In this document: positions 48,671-58,132 of the stretch, piece by piece
Layout: each line of letters begins with the position of its first letter
Numbering within the stretch: position 1 is the stretch's first letter
Origin: Ignavibacteriota bacterium
GTDB taxonomy: Bacteria > Bacteroidota > Ignavibacteria > UBA10030 > UBA6906
Length of the DNA: 64,000 nucleotides
Assembly: GCA_963801355.1 (NCBI GenBank)
Contig: CAWDEM010000004.1
Location: forward strand, 1,344,001-1,408,000
Direction of reading: 5' to 3'
Position numbers and translations under genes: made by a program
The notes under the pieces: generated by a model
The model's input: only the letters and a program-made list of their open reading frames with translations
What the model was told of the DNA's origin: nothing
Database searches by the model: none

Positions 48671-50542
48671 ATGCGCATTCCAGACGACAAGATTGAGGAA
48701 GTCCGCAACGCCGCCGATATCGTGGACATCGTCGCTTCCACCGTGCGGCTCAAAAAACGCGGGCGCAGCTATGTCGGTCTCTGCCCTTTTCATCAGGAGA
48801 AGACCCCCTCCTTCACCGTCAGCCCGGACAAACAGATGTTTCACTGCTTCGGGTGCAGCAAGGGAGGCAATGTCTTCACGTTCCTGATGGAGCGCGACAA
48901 GCTCACATTCGTCGACGCCGTTAGGTTTCTGGCCGACCGCGCGGGCATCCGCCTCCCCTCCGCGGGCGGAGAACAGCGCGAGGGTGATGCCGAACAGGAA
49001 CAACTCTTCGAGATCTGCAGAACCGCCGGGCTGCATTTTCAGGACAACCTCCTCAATCACGTCGAGGGTCAACTGGCCCTCGAATACCTGCGGCACAGGG
49101 AGTTTACGGATCAGACGATCCGCGCATTCGGACTCGGCTACTCTCTGAACTCCTGGGAGGATCTCCTCCAGTTCTCCCGGAGAGAGCATCGTGATCCCGC
49201 CCTCGTTGAGAAGGCCGGGTTGCTGGTGCGAAGGGAGGACGGCACCGGCTACTACGACCGTTTCCGCGGCCGGGTGATGTTTCCCATCCTCTCGGCCAGC
49301 GGACGGACGATTGCCTTCGGCGCCCGCAAGCTCCGCGAGGACGACACCCTGGGCAAATACATCAACTCCCCCGAAACGCCGATCTACAACAAGAGCAGGG
49401 TGTTGTACGGTCTGTATCAGGCCAGGGAGTCGATACGCGACAAGGAGTTCGTTGTGCTCGTGGAGGGTTATGCCGACCTGATCAGCGTCGTTCAGGCAGG
49501 GATCGGAAATATCGTTGCGTCAAGCGGGACGGCGCTCACCGATGAGCAGATCCAGCTGATCAGCCGCTATGCGCGGAAGGTGACACTGGTCTACGACGCG
49601 GATTCCGCGGGATCCAAGGCGACCCTGCGGGGGGGCGACCTTATCATCGAGCACGATCTGGATGTCCGTGTAGCGGAATTGCCGGCAGGGGAAGACCCTG
49701 ATTCCTTCATCCGGAAGAACGGCGGGAAGGCTTTTGCCGCTCTTCTCGAGGGGGCCGAATCTTTTGTGGATTTCCGCGCACGTCAACTTCGCGCCGGCGG
49801 TTTGTTTGCCACCCCCGAAGGGAAAACCCAGGCAATCAGGTCGCTGGTCGAGACCATCGCGAAGTATCCCGATGAGCTCAAACGCACCTTCTATCTGAAA
49901 CGCATCGCGCAGGAATACGACGTGTACGAAAGCGTGTTGCAGCGGGAAATGGAGAAGTTCATGCGACGTCCCGCGTCCCAGCAACGCTTCAGCCGGAAGC
50001 AGGAAACCCTGCCCGAGGCGCCGTCCCCCCCTGTAACCGAAACGGCCCCGCATCAGGACCTGCCCATCCCGGCTGCTGAGTGCGAACTCCTCCGTCTGAT
50101 TCTCGAACAGAAAGGCGCGATGCTGCGCTATATCTTCTCGCGCATCGACAAGGACCTGCTCACTTCGGGGGCTGTGCGGCGTGTCATCGAGGCAGTCGAC
50201 GCCCATGAAGAGGGAGGCGAACCGTGGGAACCCGGCACACTCATAGACGAGCTGGACACAGAGGATACCAAACAGCTGGTTGCACGCCTGATCATGCCCC
50301 GGCACGAACTGAGCAAGGGTTGGAGGGAAATGGGAACGGACCCTCCGCCACCCGACCCCTACGCAATTGCCAATGACTGCATACTGTTGCTTCATCTGCA
50401 ACGTCTGGACGAGGGAATGCGGCAGGTGTACCGGAAGATGAAAGATGCGGAGTTGCGGGGAGAGGATACAGCGTTGTATCAGGAAGAAATACTCGCCCTG
50501 CAAAAAGAAAAACGGGGACTCAGACCGAAACCCGCGGGCTAG
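48671..50542 (+). CDS. dnaG: DNA primase
   Basis: CHC2 zinc finger CPFH..CFGC, DRFRGRVMFPI, KYINSPET, and TOPRIM VEGYAD and YDADSAG. Confidence 0.97.
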   Translation: MRIPDDKIEEVRNAADIVDIVASTVRLKKRGRSYVGLCPFHQEKTPSFTVSPDKQMFHCFGCSKGGNVFTFLMERDKLTFVDAVRFLADRAGIRLPSAGGEQREGDAEQEQLFEICRTAGLHFQDNLLNHVEGQLALEYLRHREFTDQTIRAFGLGYSLNSWEDLLQFSRREHRDPALVEKAGLLVRREDGTGYYDRFRGRVMFPILSASGRTIAFGARKLREDDTLGKYINSPETPIYNKSRVLYGLYQARESIRDKEFVVLVEGYADLISVVQAGIGNIVASSGTALTDEQIQLISRYARKVTLVYDADSAGSKATLRGGDLIIEHDLDVRVAELPAGEDPDSFIRKNGGKAFAALLEGAESFVDFRARQLRAGGLFATPEGKTQAIRSLVETIAKYPDELKRTFYLKRIAQEYDVYESVLQREMEKFMRRPASQQRFSRKQETLPEAPSPPVTETAPHQDLPIPAAECELLRLILEQKGAMLRYIFSRIDKDLLTSGAVRRVIEAVDAHEEGGEPWEPGTLIDELDTEDTKQLVARLIMPRHELSKGWREMGTDPPPPDPYAIANDCILLLHLQRLDEGMRQVYRKMKDAELRGEDTALYQEEILALQKEKRGLRPKPAG

Positions 50543-50562
50543 CCCGGGTGGGCGCCGTCAGG

Positions 50563-50591
50563 TTGCGGTTCTACCGGGTGTACGGTATATT
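50563..50591 (+). promoter_or_regulatory. Sigma70-type promoter; probably a near-leaderless transcript for the GT9 gene
   Basis: TTGCGG, 17 nt, TATATT, with ATG 50600 only 8 nt downstream and no SD. Confidence 0.5.
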
Positions 50592-50599
50592 GTAATCTT

Positions 50600-51646
50600 A
50601 TGCTGACAGGCAAGTCTCGTGCGGGCGGTTCCCGGAGAATTCTCGTTATCCGGACGGACAGGCTTGGCGACGTTATCCTCACGTTGCCCATGCTTCCGTT
50701 GCTGCGGGAGTGGTTTCCGGATGCACACCTGGCGATGATGCTGAACCGTTACACAGGTGAAGTGGTCCGTGGCAATCCTTCCCTGAATGAGATCATTTGG
50801 GATGATGTCGGGGGCCGCCAGGAAAGCTTTCCCCGGTTACTCTCGGCGATCAGGGCGCAGAATTTTGACACGGCATTCGTGGTTCACCCGACCCCTCGCC
50901 TGGCCTGGCTTGTCGCGCGTGCGGGCATTCCTATACGGATTGGTTCGGGATATCGCGCGTACAGTTTTCTTTTCAACCGGAAAATCTTTGAACACAGGAA
51001 AGACGCCCGGTTTCACGAACTGGAATACAACCTGCATATGCTGGGGGCTGTACAGCCGGGATTTACGGGCGAGGGGATACGCCCCCGCTTTGACATTCAA
51101 ATTGATCCCATTGCCAGGTCGGCCGTGCGCGGGCGTCTCGGCCCATCTTCTGCCGGCAAGCCTCTCATAGTACTGCATCCGGGGAGCGGAGGATCAGCCA
51201 GAGACTGGCCTCCGGGTCATTTTGCCCGGCTGGCGGCGGCGATTGCTGGGGAGGGCAGGTATCGGCTGGCCGTCACCGGCGGGAAAGCGGAAGCGGATCT
51301 GGTCCGCATGGTCGGCGAAGCGGGGAAGACGGAGTTGATGTTTGCGGGGACATTGTCGATTCCGGAGCTGGCGGCACTGCTCGCGGACGCGAAGGTGGTC
51401 GTCGGGAACTCCACCGGGCCGCTTCACCTTGCCGCTGCGGTTGGCACCCGGGTGGTCGGACTCTATCCGCAGCTCAGGGCCATAAGTGCCGCCCGATGGG
51501 GTCCGTATACGGAACGAAAACGGGTGTTTGTCCCGGCGAAGCCCGTGGATTGCCGGGAGTGCGCGGATGGCAGGCCCTGCGCATGCATGGAGAGCATTCC
51601 GGTCGAACATGTGTGGCTTGCGGTGAAAGAACAGGCAGATGAATAA
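50600..51646 (+). CDS. Glycosyltransferase family 9 (ADP-heptose:LPS heptosyltransferase-like)
   Basis: ILVIRTDRLGDVIL, HPGSGG, NSTGPLHLAAAVG. Confidence 0.9.
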   Translation: MLTGKSRAGGSRRILVIRTDRLGDVILTLPMLPLLREWFPDAHLAMMLNRYTGEVVRGNPSLNEIIWDDVGGRQESFPRLLSAIRAQNFDTAFVVHPTPRLAWLVARAGIPIRIGSGYRAYSFLFNRKIFEHRKDARFHELEYNLHMLGAVQPGFTGEGIRPRFDIQIDPIARSAVRGRLGPSSAGKPLIVLHPGSGGSARDWPPGHFARLAAAIAGEGRYRLAVTGGKAEADLVRMVGEAGKTELMFAGTLSIPELAALLADAKVVVGNSTGPLHLAAAVGTRVVGLYPQLRAISAARWGPYTERKRVFVPAKPVDCRECADGRPCACMESIPVEHVWLAVKEQADE

Positions 51647-52601
51647 GCTCGCAGTATACTCTGTGATCATCGCTGTCGGCCTTGCGGCTGCACTTCCGGG
51701 TTTGGCGGAGGCGCAACTGAAGACAAAGAAGAAGACGGCCAAGGCGGTCCCGTCGCAGGCGCAGTCTGCCTCCCGCGCAGACAGCACTGCGCGCTGGCGG
51801 GCTGACTCCCTGCATGAAGCTTCGCGGGCCCGGGCCGTTGCGGATTCCCTTGCGCGGAAGCGCACCGCAGATTCTCTTGCCGCCCATCAATTGCGCCGCA
51901 TCAACAACGAGGCTTTCGGCGTGGGGGAACGTCTGGTCTTTGACGTGAACTACGGGTACATCACAGCCGGCGAGGCGGTGATGGCAATCCCCAGATTCGA
52001 CACCGTTGAGGGACGAAAGACATTCCGGGTTCAGTTCACCGTGAACTCGCTTCCGAGCTTCTCGTGGATTTACAAAGTGGAAGATCGGTATCTGACGTTC
52101 ATCGATGCGGAGGCGATTGCACCTTTACGTTTCGAACAGCATATCCGCGAGGGATCCTACAGCAGGGATTTCATCGCCGAATTCGACCATATCAAGAAGA
52201 TTGCACGGACCAGCGAAGGCCAGCATCCGATTCCTGCGTACGTGCACGACATTCTCTCCGCGTTCTATTATGTGCGAACTGTCGATCTCACGGCGTACAA
52301 AACCGGCGATATGATGCTGTTGCAGAACTTCTACAAGGATACGAGCTATGAGCTCGGTGTGAAGATCCTGGGAAGGCAGGAACTTGAGGTAGCGGCGGGA
52401 ACCTTCCGCACCATCGTCGTTGAGCCGCTTGTCAAGGAGGGTGGATTATTCAAGAGCGAAGGGAGAATCGTCATCTGGCTGACCGATGACGCCATGAAGA
52501 TGCCGGTCCGTGTGAATACGAAAGTCGTCATCGGCTCGATCGACACAGAACTGCGGGAATATTCCGGCCTGATCGGACCCGTGACGGCACGCGTGCGATG
52601 A
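51639..52601 (+). CDS. Exported DUF3108-like protein
   Basis: Signal peptide, low-complexity ADSL linker, and GERLVFDV, HDILSAFY, VAAGTF and IWLTDD..PVR motifs. Confidence 0.75.
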   Translation: MNKLAVYSVIIAVGLAAALPGLAEAQLKTKKKTAKAVPSQAQSASRADSTARWRADSLHEASRARAVADSLARKRTADSLAAHQLRRINNEAFGVGERLVFDVNYGYITAGEAVMAIPRFDTVEGRKTFRVQFTVNSLPSFSWIYKVEDRYLTFIDAEAIAPLRFEQHIREGSYSRDFIAEFDHIKKIARTSEGQHPIPAYVHDILSAFYYVRTVDLTAYKTGDMMLLQNFYKDTSYELGVKILGRQELEVAAGTFRTIVVEPLVKEGGLFKSEGRIVIWLTDDAMKMPVRVNTKVVIGSIDTELREYSGLIGPVTARVR

Positions 52602-52626
52602 ACAACAGCCCTCGGGGGCCTCTTCT

Positions 52627-53646
52627 ATGAAACCTGTTAAGAAACGACCGCCACCCAGGCCCGGAACCGGCCAGCATCTCACGGCGGTGACTGCAAATCC
52701 GCGCGTGGACCTCGGGAAGGTGCGTACAATCCCCATCCGTACGAGAAAGAGCAAGGTCCATTCCGCCCAGTTCGCCGGCGTCTTCGACGCCCGGCGTGAT
52801 TCATTCAAGGCATTTGCCCGCACGTTCCCGGACATTCTCGCCGCCCGGGATCTCCGGATTGCGGTTGACGACATCCTGCGGGCCCGCCACCGGGGCAAGC
52901 CCGTGATGCTCTTGATGGGCGCACACGTCATCAAGGTCGGACTGGCGCCGGTGCTCATCGACCTCATCAGTTCCGGGATTATCACCTCGGTTGCGATGAA
53001 CGGCGCATCGGCCATCCATGACGCTGAAGCGGCGCTGTGGGGGCGGACATCCGAGGATGTGGCGGAGAATCTGGTCGACGGCACATTCGGCATGGCCCGG
53101 GAGACGGGGGACTTCATCAACGGTACCCTGGCGGCCGCCGTTCATCAAACGTCGCTGGGCTACGGGGAGGCGCTCGGGAGGAAGTTGCTCCAGCTCAGGG
53201 CACCCCATCGCCGCGCCAGTCTCCTGGCGACATGCGCGGCACTCCGCGTGCCTCTTACGGTTCATGCCGCCATCGGTACGGACATCGTGCACCAGCAACC
53301 CACCATGGACGGCGGAGTCACGGGGGAAATGTCGTTCCGGGATTTTCGAACACTGTGCGCGCTCTGCTGCAGACTGACCGGCGGAGGGGTCGTGCTGAAC
53401 GTCGGCAGTGCCGTCATTATGCCGGAGGTCTTCCTGAAAGCGCTGACCGTTGCGCGCAATCTGGGAGCCAGGGCACGCGGGTTCACGACGGCAGTGTTCG
53501 ACATGAATGTGCACTACCGGCCGGTGGTCAACGTCCAGCGGCGCCCCACACAGGACGGAGGAAGGGGTTTCTATTTCACCGGGCATCACGAGATCATGAT
53601 ACCGCTGGTTGCGGCGCTCATCAAAACGAGACTCCGGAATGGATGA
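52627..53646 (+). CDS. Conserved hypothetical protein, deoxyhypusine-synthase-like fold
   Basis: MGAHVIKVGL, MNGASAIHD, VHAAIGTDI, GSAVIMPEVFLKA, GHHE; the fold is inferred from motif resemblance only. Confidence 0.6.
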   Translation: MKPVKKRPPPRPGTGQHLTAVTANPRVDLGKVRTIPIRTRKSKVHSAQFAGVFDARRDSFKAFARTFPDILAARDLRIAVDDILRARHRGKPVMLLMGAHVIKVGLAPVLIDLISSGIITSVAMNGASAIHDAEAALWGRTSEDVAENLVDGTFGMARETGDFINGTLAAAVHQTSLGYGEALGRKLLQLRAPHRRASLLATCAALRVPLTVHAAIGTDIVHQQPTMDGGVTGEMSFRDFRTLCALCCRLTGGGVVLNVGSAVIMPEVFLKALTVARNLGARARGFTTAVFDMNVHYRPVVNVQRRPTQDGGRGFYFTGHHEIMIPLVAALIKTRLRNG

Positions 53647-54538
53647 CTTCACAGTGACACCGCCGCCGCGGGAGCCGTTTTTCCGGAGAATCTCTCCCGT
53701 TGCGTTCGCTCTCCTGACTCTCCTGATCGTCTTTGTCCTCTATCAGCTGATCGCGGGCGCTGCCACACTCTTGCTCGTCGGCTGGATCCCCACGCAGGAG
53801 ACGGCAGCCTGGATGCGTCTGGCGACGGCCGCCGGACAGATTCTCTGTATCTTTCTTCCGACGGTGCTCCTTGCACGCGCCCGGTACGGCCGCGTCGTTG
53901 AACCGCTCCGTCTGAAGCTTCCCCGGCCACTTGACATCCTCATCGTCGGCATAGCGGTGGTTGCGCTGCAGCAGGTCCTGCAGGGCTACATGATCGCCCA
54001 GGATGCGATTCCGCTCCCGCCGCAGCTGCAACGCTTCGCTGAGATGTTCAAGAACCTGATTGAGCAGACGTATTTGATGCTGGTGACGGCAAAATCTCCA
54101 CTGGAGTTCGTTGGTGTCGTGGTGACGGTTGCCCTGGTGCCGGCAATTGTCGAGGAGCTCCTGTTCCGCGGTCTTGTTCAGCGCGACCTTGAACAGGTGG
54201 CAGGCGGGCTGCGTGCTGCGGTCATCGCGGGGATCATATTCGGTATGTATCATTTGAATCCCTTCAGCATCATCCCCCTTGTCGTTCTTGGTGTGTTCTT
54301 CGGGTTTGTTGTTTACCGGTCACAGAATGTCGTGCTTGCAATGACCGCTCATTTTTTGAACAACTTCATCGCGTGCTGTGTGGTCTACCTCGATCTGGGC
54401 GAGAACTACCTGGTGTTTGCCCCCGGCGGCGGGACAAACGCTACGATGGTGTACTTCAATACATTCGCGTGTGCGGTGGTCTTTGTCGCAGCTACGTACT
54501 ACTTCGTGCGTGCTACTGCACCTGACGAGGCCGCCTGA
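53639..54538 (+). CDS. CPBP (CAAX/Abi) family intramembrane metalloprotease
   Basis: EELLFRG, FGMYH and AHFLNN motifs; multiple TM helices. Confidence 0.92.
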   Translation: MDDFTVTPPPREPFFRRISPVAFALLTLLIVFVLYQLIAGAATLLLVGWIPTQETAAWMRLATAAGQILCIFLPTVLLARARYGRVVEPLRLKLPRPLDILIVGIAVVALQQVLQGYMIAQDAIPLPPQLQRFAEMFKNLIEQTYLMLVTAKSPLEFVGVVVTVALVPAIVEELLFRGLVQRDLEQVAGGLRAAVIAGIIFGMYHLNPFSIIPLVVLGVFFGFVVYRSQNVVLAMTAHFLNNFIACCVVYLDLGENYLVFAPGGGTNATMVYFNTFACAVVFVAATYYFVRATAPDEAA

Positions 54539-54549
54539 ACGGCGCACCT

Positions 54550-55500
54550 ATGCCCATCAGCAATCTGACAATAAGAACACTGGTTGCACTTGTCGGCATC
54601 CCACTGATCGTCTTCATGACCCTGTGGGGGGGGTATCTCTTTTTCTTCTTCATTGCCGTGATTGCAGCGGTCGGACTCCTCGAACTGTACGGGCTGGCCC
54701 GCGCCAGGGGGACCTCACCTCAGACTGCCACGGGCCTGCTGTTCGGCCTTTGCCTGCTCGCGGTGTTCATGTACGACAAGCTTCACGTTGTGATGATCGG
54801 GGGATTCACTTCCATGGGCATGGCAGTGCCTTTCCCGTCGATGTCGCAGCAATTTCTCATCTCCGTGCTGATATTCCTTCCGGTGATCCTCGGCGTGGAG
54901 CTCTTCCGCAACAAACCCGGCGCGCTGGCGAACATCGCCACGACCCTTTTCGGCAGTCTCTATGTGGCGTTATCGCTTGGATCCCTGATCGGGATCCGGG
55001 AACTGTTCGTGCCGGCTGATTTCCCGGTGTACGCCCACTTCGCGGTGACCGGGGCCTCGATCCCGGATGCAATCGTGGCCGAGATCTATCGGTGGGGAGG
55101 GTACTCCGTCCTCGCTGTCTTCGCCGCGATCTGGGCATGCGATTCCGCGGCGTTCTTTGCCGGCCGGGCATTCGGGCGCCACAAGCTCTTCCCCCGTGTG
55201 AGCCCGAACAAGACCTGGGAAGGTGCCGTTGCAGGGTTCATAGCTGCGATCCTTGTGTTCCTGCTGTCCCGGCAACTGCTCCTTCCGTATCTTGCTGTCC
55301 GCGACGCGCTGGTGTGTGGCGGGATCATCGGCATCTTCGGACAGATCGGGGATCTCGCCGAATCACTCTTGAAACGGGATGCGGGGGTCAAGGACTCCTC
55401 GACGCTCATTCCCGGTCACGGAGGCGTGTTGGATCGCTTCGACAGCATTCTGTTTGTTGCTCCACTGCTGTTTGTCTATCTTGACTTCATTGTCTTCTGA
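54550..55500 (+). CDS. cdsA: Phosphatidate cytidylyltransferase
   Basis: DSAAFFAG, SPNKTWEG, GDLAESLLKRDAGVKDS..PGHGGVLDRFDS. Confidence 0.96.
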   Translation: MPISNLTIRTLVALVGIPLIVFMTLWGGYLFFFFIAVIAAVGLLELYGLARARGTSPQTATGLLFGLCLLAVFMYDKLHVVMIGGFTSMGMAVPFPSMSQQFLISVLIFLPVILGVELFRNKPGALANIATTLFGSLYVALSLGSLIGIRELFVPADFPVYAHFAVTGASIPDAIVAEIYRWGGYSVLAVFAAIWACDSAAFFAGRAFGRHKLFPRVSPNKTWEGAVAGFIAAILVFLLSRQLLLPYLAVRDALVCGGIIGIFGQIGDLAESLLKRDAGVKDSSTLIPGHGGVLDRFDSILFVAPLLFVYLDFIVF

Positions 55501-55507
55501 GGTGCAC

Positions 55508-56821
55508 ATGGCGGGGACGAAGGGAACGAGGGGCAGGAAGCCGCGTGTGCACATCATCACGATGGGCTGCGCCAAGAATACCGTGGACTCCGAAAAACTC
55601 ATGGCGCAGTTGCGGCTGAACAACATTCCTCTCGCCGACGACATCACCGATGCCGATATCGCGGTCGTGAACACGTGCGGTTTCATTGACGCGGCGAAGG
55701 CGGAATCGCTCGAGATGATCATTGCGACAGCGGGGCACAAGCGTGAGGGCCGCCTGCGCCGGGTCTACGCCATGGGTTGCCTTGCTGAACGCTATCGCAT
55801 CGACCTGGAGAAGGACATCCCGGAGGTGGACAGGTTTTTCGGCACGCACCAGCTTGCTGACGTGCTCGAAGAGCTTGGCGGGCATCTGAAAAAGGAGCTG
55901 CTGGGAGAGCGTGTGCTCACGACCCCGGGGCACACCGCATACCTGAAGATCTCGGAAGGGTGCGACCATCCATGTTCTTTCTGTGCGATCCCCCTGATGC
56001 GGGGGAGACATCTCAGCAGGCCGTTAGGCGACGTGCTCGAAGAAGCCCGGGGCCTGGCGCGGAGCGGCGTGCGCGAGCTGGTGGTGATTGCGCAAGATAC
56101 CACGGCGTACGGTGTCGACCGCGACGGAAGGCGTCGTCTTCCGGAGCTTCTCGATCGGCTAGCCGACGTTGAAGGGATCGGGTGGGTGCGGTTGATGTAC
56201 GCGTACCCGGCCCACTTCCCTCTTGAGCTGCTCGAAGTCATGGCCAGACACCCACGGATCTGCAAGTACATTGATATTCCTGTGCAGCATGCCTCCGAGC
56301 GCGTGTTGAGATCCATGGCGAGGGGTATGTCGGCGCGGGCACTCCGGGAGCTTATCGGCACTATCCGCGACCGCGTTCCCGGCATCGCTCTCCGGACAAC
56401 ACTCATCGTGGGGTACCCGGACGAGGGGGAGGCAGAGTTTGAGGAGTTGCGGTCATTCGTCGAAGAGCAGCGATTTGAACGCCTGGGCGTCTTTACCTAC
56501 TCATCGGAGGAAGGAACGGCGGCTTTCCCCCTGGGAGATCCGGTTTCGGTGGAGGAGAAAGAGCGTCGCCGCGGCGTGATCATGGAACTCCAGCAGGATA
56601 TTTCCGAGGCACGGAACGCAGCGCTGGTGGGCACGCGCCAACGGGTCCTGGTCGACCGGGCGGAACAGGGCCGATTCACCGGCCGGACGCAGCATGACGC
56701 CCCCGAAATCGACAACGAAGTGCATCTTGTCAGCGATTTTCCCCTTCAGGTAGGGACCTTTTATGATGCGGAAATCGTTGAATCTTATGAATATGATCTT
56801 ATGGGAAAGGTGTTACCATGA
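55508..56821 (+). CDS. rimO: Ribosomal protein S12 methylthiotransferase
   Basis: GCAKNTVDSE, VNTCGFI, YLKISEGCDHPCSFCAIP and TRAM domain APEID. Confidence 0.95.
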   Translation: MAGTKGTRGRKPRVHIITMGCAKNTVDSEKLMAQLRLNNIPLADDITDADIAVVNTCGFIDAAKAESLEMIIATAGHKREGRLRRVYAMGCLAERYRIDLEKDIPEVDRFFGTHQLADVLEELGGHLKKELLGERVLTTPGHTAYLKISEGCDHPCSFCAIPLMRGRHLSRPLGDVLEEARGLARSGVRELVVIAQDTTAYGVDRDGRRRLPELLDRLADVEGIGWVRLMYAYPAHFPLELLEVMARHPRICKYIDIPVQHASERVLRSMARGMSARALRELIGTIRDRVPGIALRTTLIVGYPDEGEAEFEELRSFVEEQRFERLGVFTYSSEEGTAAFPLGDPVSVEEKERRRGVIMELQQDISEARNAALVGTRQRVLVDRAEQGRFTGRTQHDAPEIDNEVHLVSDFPLQVGTFYDAEIVESYEYDLMGKVLP

Positions 56822-58131
56822 ACCGGTTCAGCAGATCTCTTCTTGCAGGACTCCTGCTGTTTTCCGGGGGGCTGGTGTCCGCAGTCGCTCAGGTGGAAGT
56901 CAGCGGGGTGACGCCTGATCGGGGAGCCCCCTCAATATTCTTAGACGCAGTCAGTTTTGCCGCTCAGAACGGTCCCGACAGCCGCCTGGATGTCTTCGTC
57001 CAGGTGGGGTACGAGAACCTGAGTTTCGTGAAACAAGGCGAACTGTATGCTGCAGCCTATGAAATGACCCTCTCGCTATTTGACTCCTCGAAAGTCCTCC
57101 TGAATGAAAAACTCTGGACGGAAAACGTGACAGGGGTCCCGTTTGAACGGTCGGCTTCGCCCAGTGCCTTCAGTTTCACCCAGCGGAGTTTTCAGGTGCC
57201 GCACGGCCGGTACGCCCTTCGGGTCGTTGTACGGGACAAGGAAAGCGGTTCATCGTACACGCTCTCGGAGCAGGTCACGGTGCCCGACTTTGCCGGGGGA
57301 GATTTCCTGTTGAGCGACATTCTGGTGCTGAGTCGTGTCAGCACCACGGGAGAGAAGCGATCGATCGTGCCGAATATACCCGCGAACGTCGGCGCAATAC
57401 CCGATGCCTTTTCGGTCTATCTGGAGGCCTACAACACACGCGGGTTGGACTCTGTGCGGTTCACCATGGATATCAGTGCCCTCAAATCGGACAAAAAATT
57501 GTCCGCGGACACCGTTGCAGCCCTCAAACCGGGGCGCGGCGAATACATTCTCAGGGTGCCGCATGGGACGCTGCCTCTCGGTGACTACAAGCTGACGATA
57601 TCCGCACGTTTGCCCGGTGCACCGATGGAGGGAGACGTGAACGTCCTCGCACGTTCCAGCAGGTCCATCAGTGCCCGCTGGTATGGATTACCGCGGTCAG
57701 TGCAAGATCTCGACCTGGCAATTGATCAGCTCAAATATATTGCGAAAGACGATGATCTCTCCCCGATGCAGGATGCCACGACCGCCGATGCGAAAATGGC
57801 CGCGTTCCTGGAGTTCTGGAAGAAACGCGATCCCAATCCCAATACTCCGCGCAATGAGAAAATGGAAGAGTATTATGCCCGCGTGGATTACGCAAACAAG
57901 CATTTCAGTCATTATATTGCCGGATGGCGCACTGACATGGGAATGGTCTATATCATGTTCGGCGCTCCCAACAATGTCGATAGACACCCGTTCGATGTGG
58001 ATTCAAAGCCGTATGAAATCTGGGCATACTACGAACTGAACTATTCATTTGTATTCGTCGATCAGACGGGCTTTGGCGACTACCGGCTTGATACACCAGT
58101 CTGGGAAGTGTGGAATCGGGTGCGCAACTGA
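56818..58131 (+). CDS. GWxTD domain-containing exported protein
   Basis: Signal peptide; FWKKRDP, EYYARVDYAN, GWRTDMGMVYIMFG. Confidence 0.9.
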   Translation: MNRFSRSLLAGLLLFSGGLVSAVAQVEVSGVTPDRGAPSIFLDAVSFAAQNGPDSRLDVFVQVGYENLSFVKQGELYAAAYEMTLSLFDSSKVLLNEKLWTENVTGVPFERSASPSAFSFTQRSFQVPHGRYALRVVVRDKESGSSYTLSEQVTVPDFAGGDFLLSDILVLSRVSTTGEKRSIVPNIPANVGAIPDAFSVYLEAYNTRGLDSVRFTMDISALKSDKKLSADTVAALKPGRGEYILRVPHGTLPLGDYKLTISARLPGAPMEGDVNVLARSSRSISARWYGLPRSVQDLDLAIDQLKYIAKDDDLSPMQDATTADAKMAAFLEFWKKRDPNPNTPRNEKMEEYYARVDYANKHFSHYIAGWRTDMGMVYIMFGAPNNVDRHPFDVDSKPYEIWAYYELNYSFVFVDQTGFGDYRLDTPVWEVWNRVRN

Positions 58132-58132
58132 C

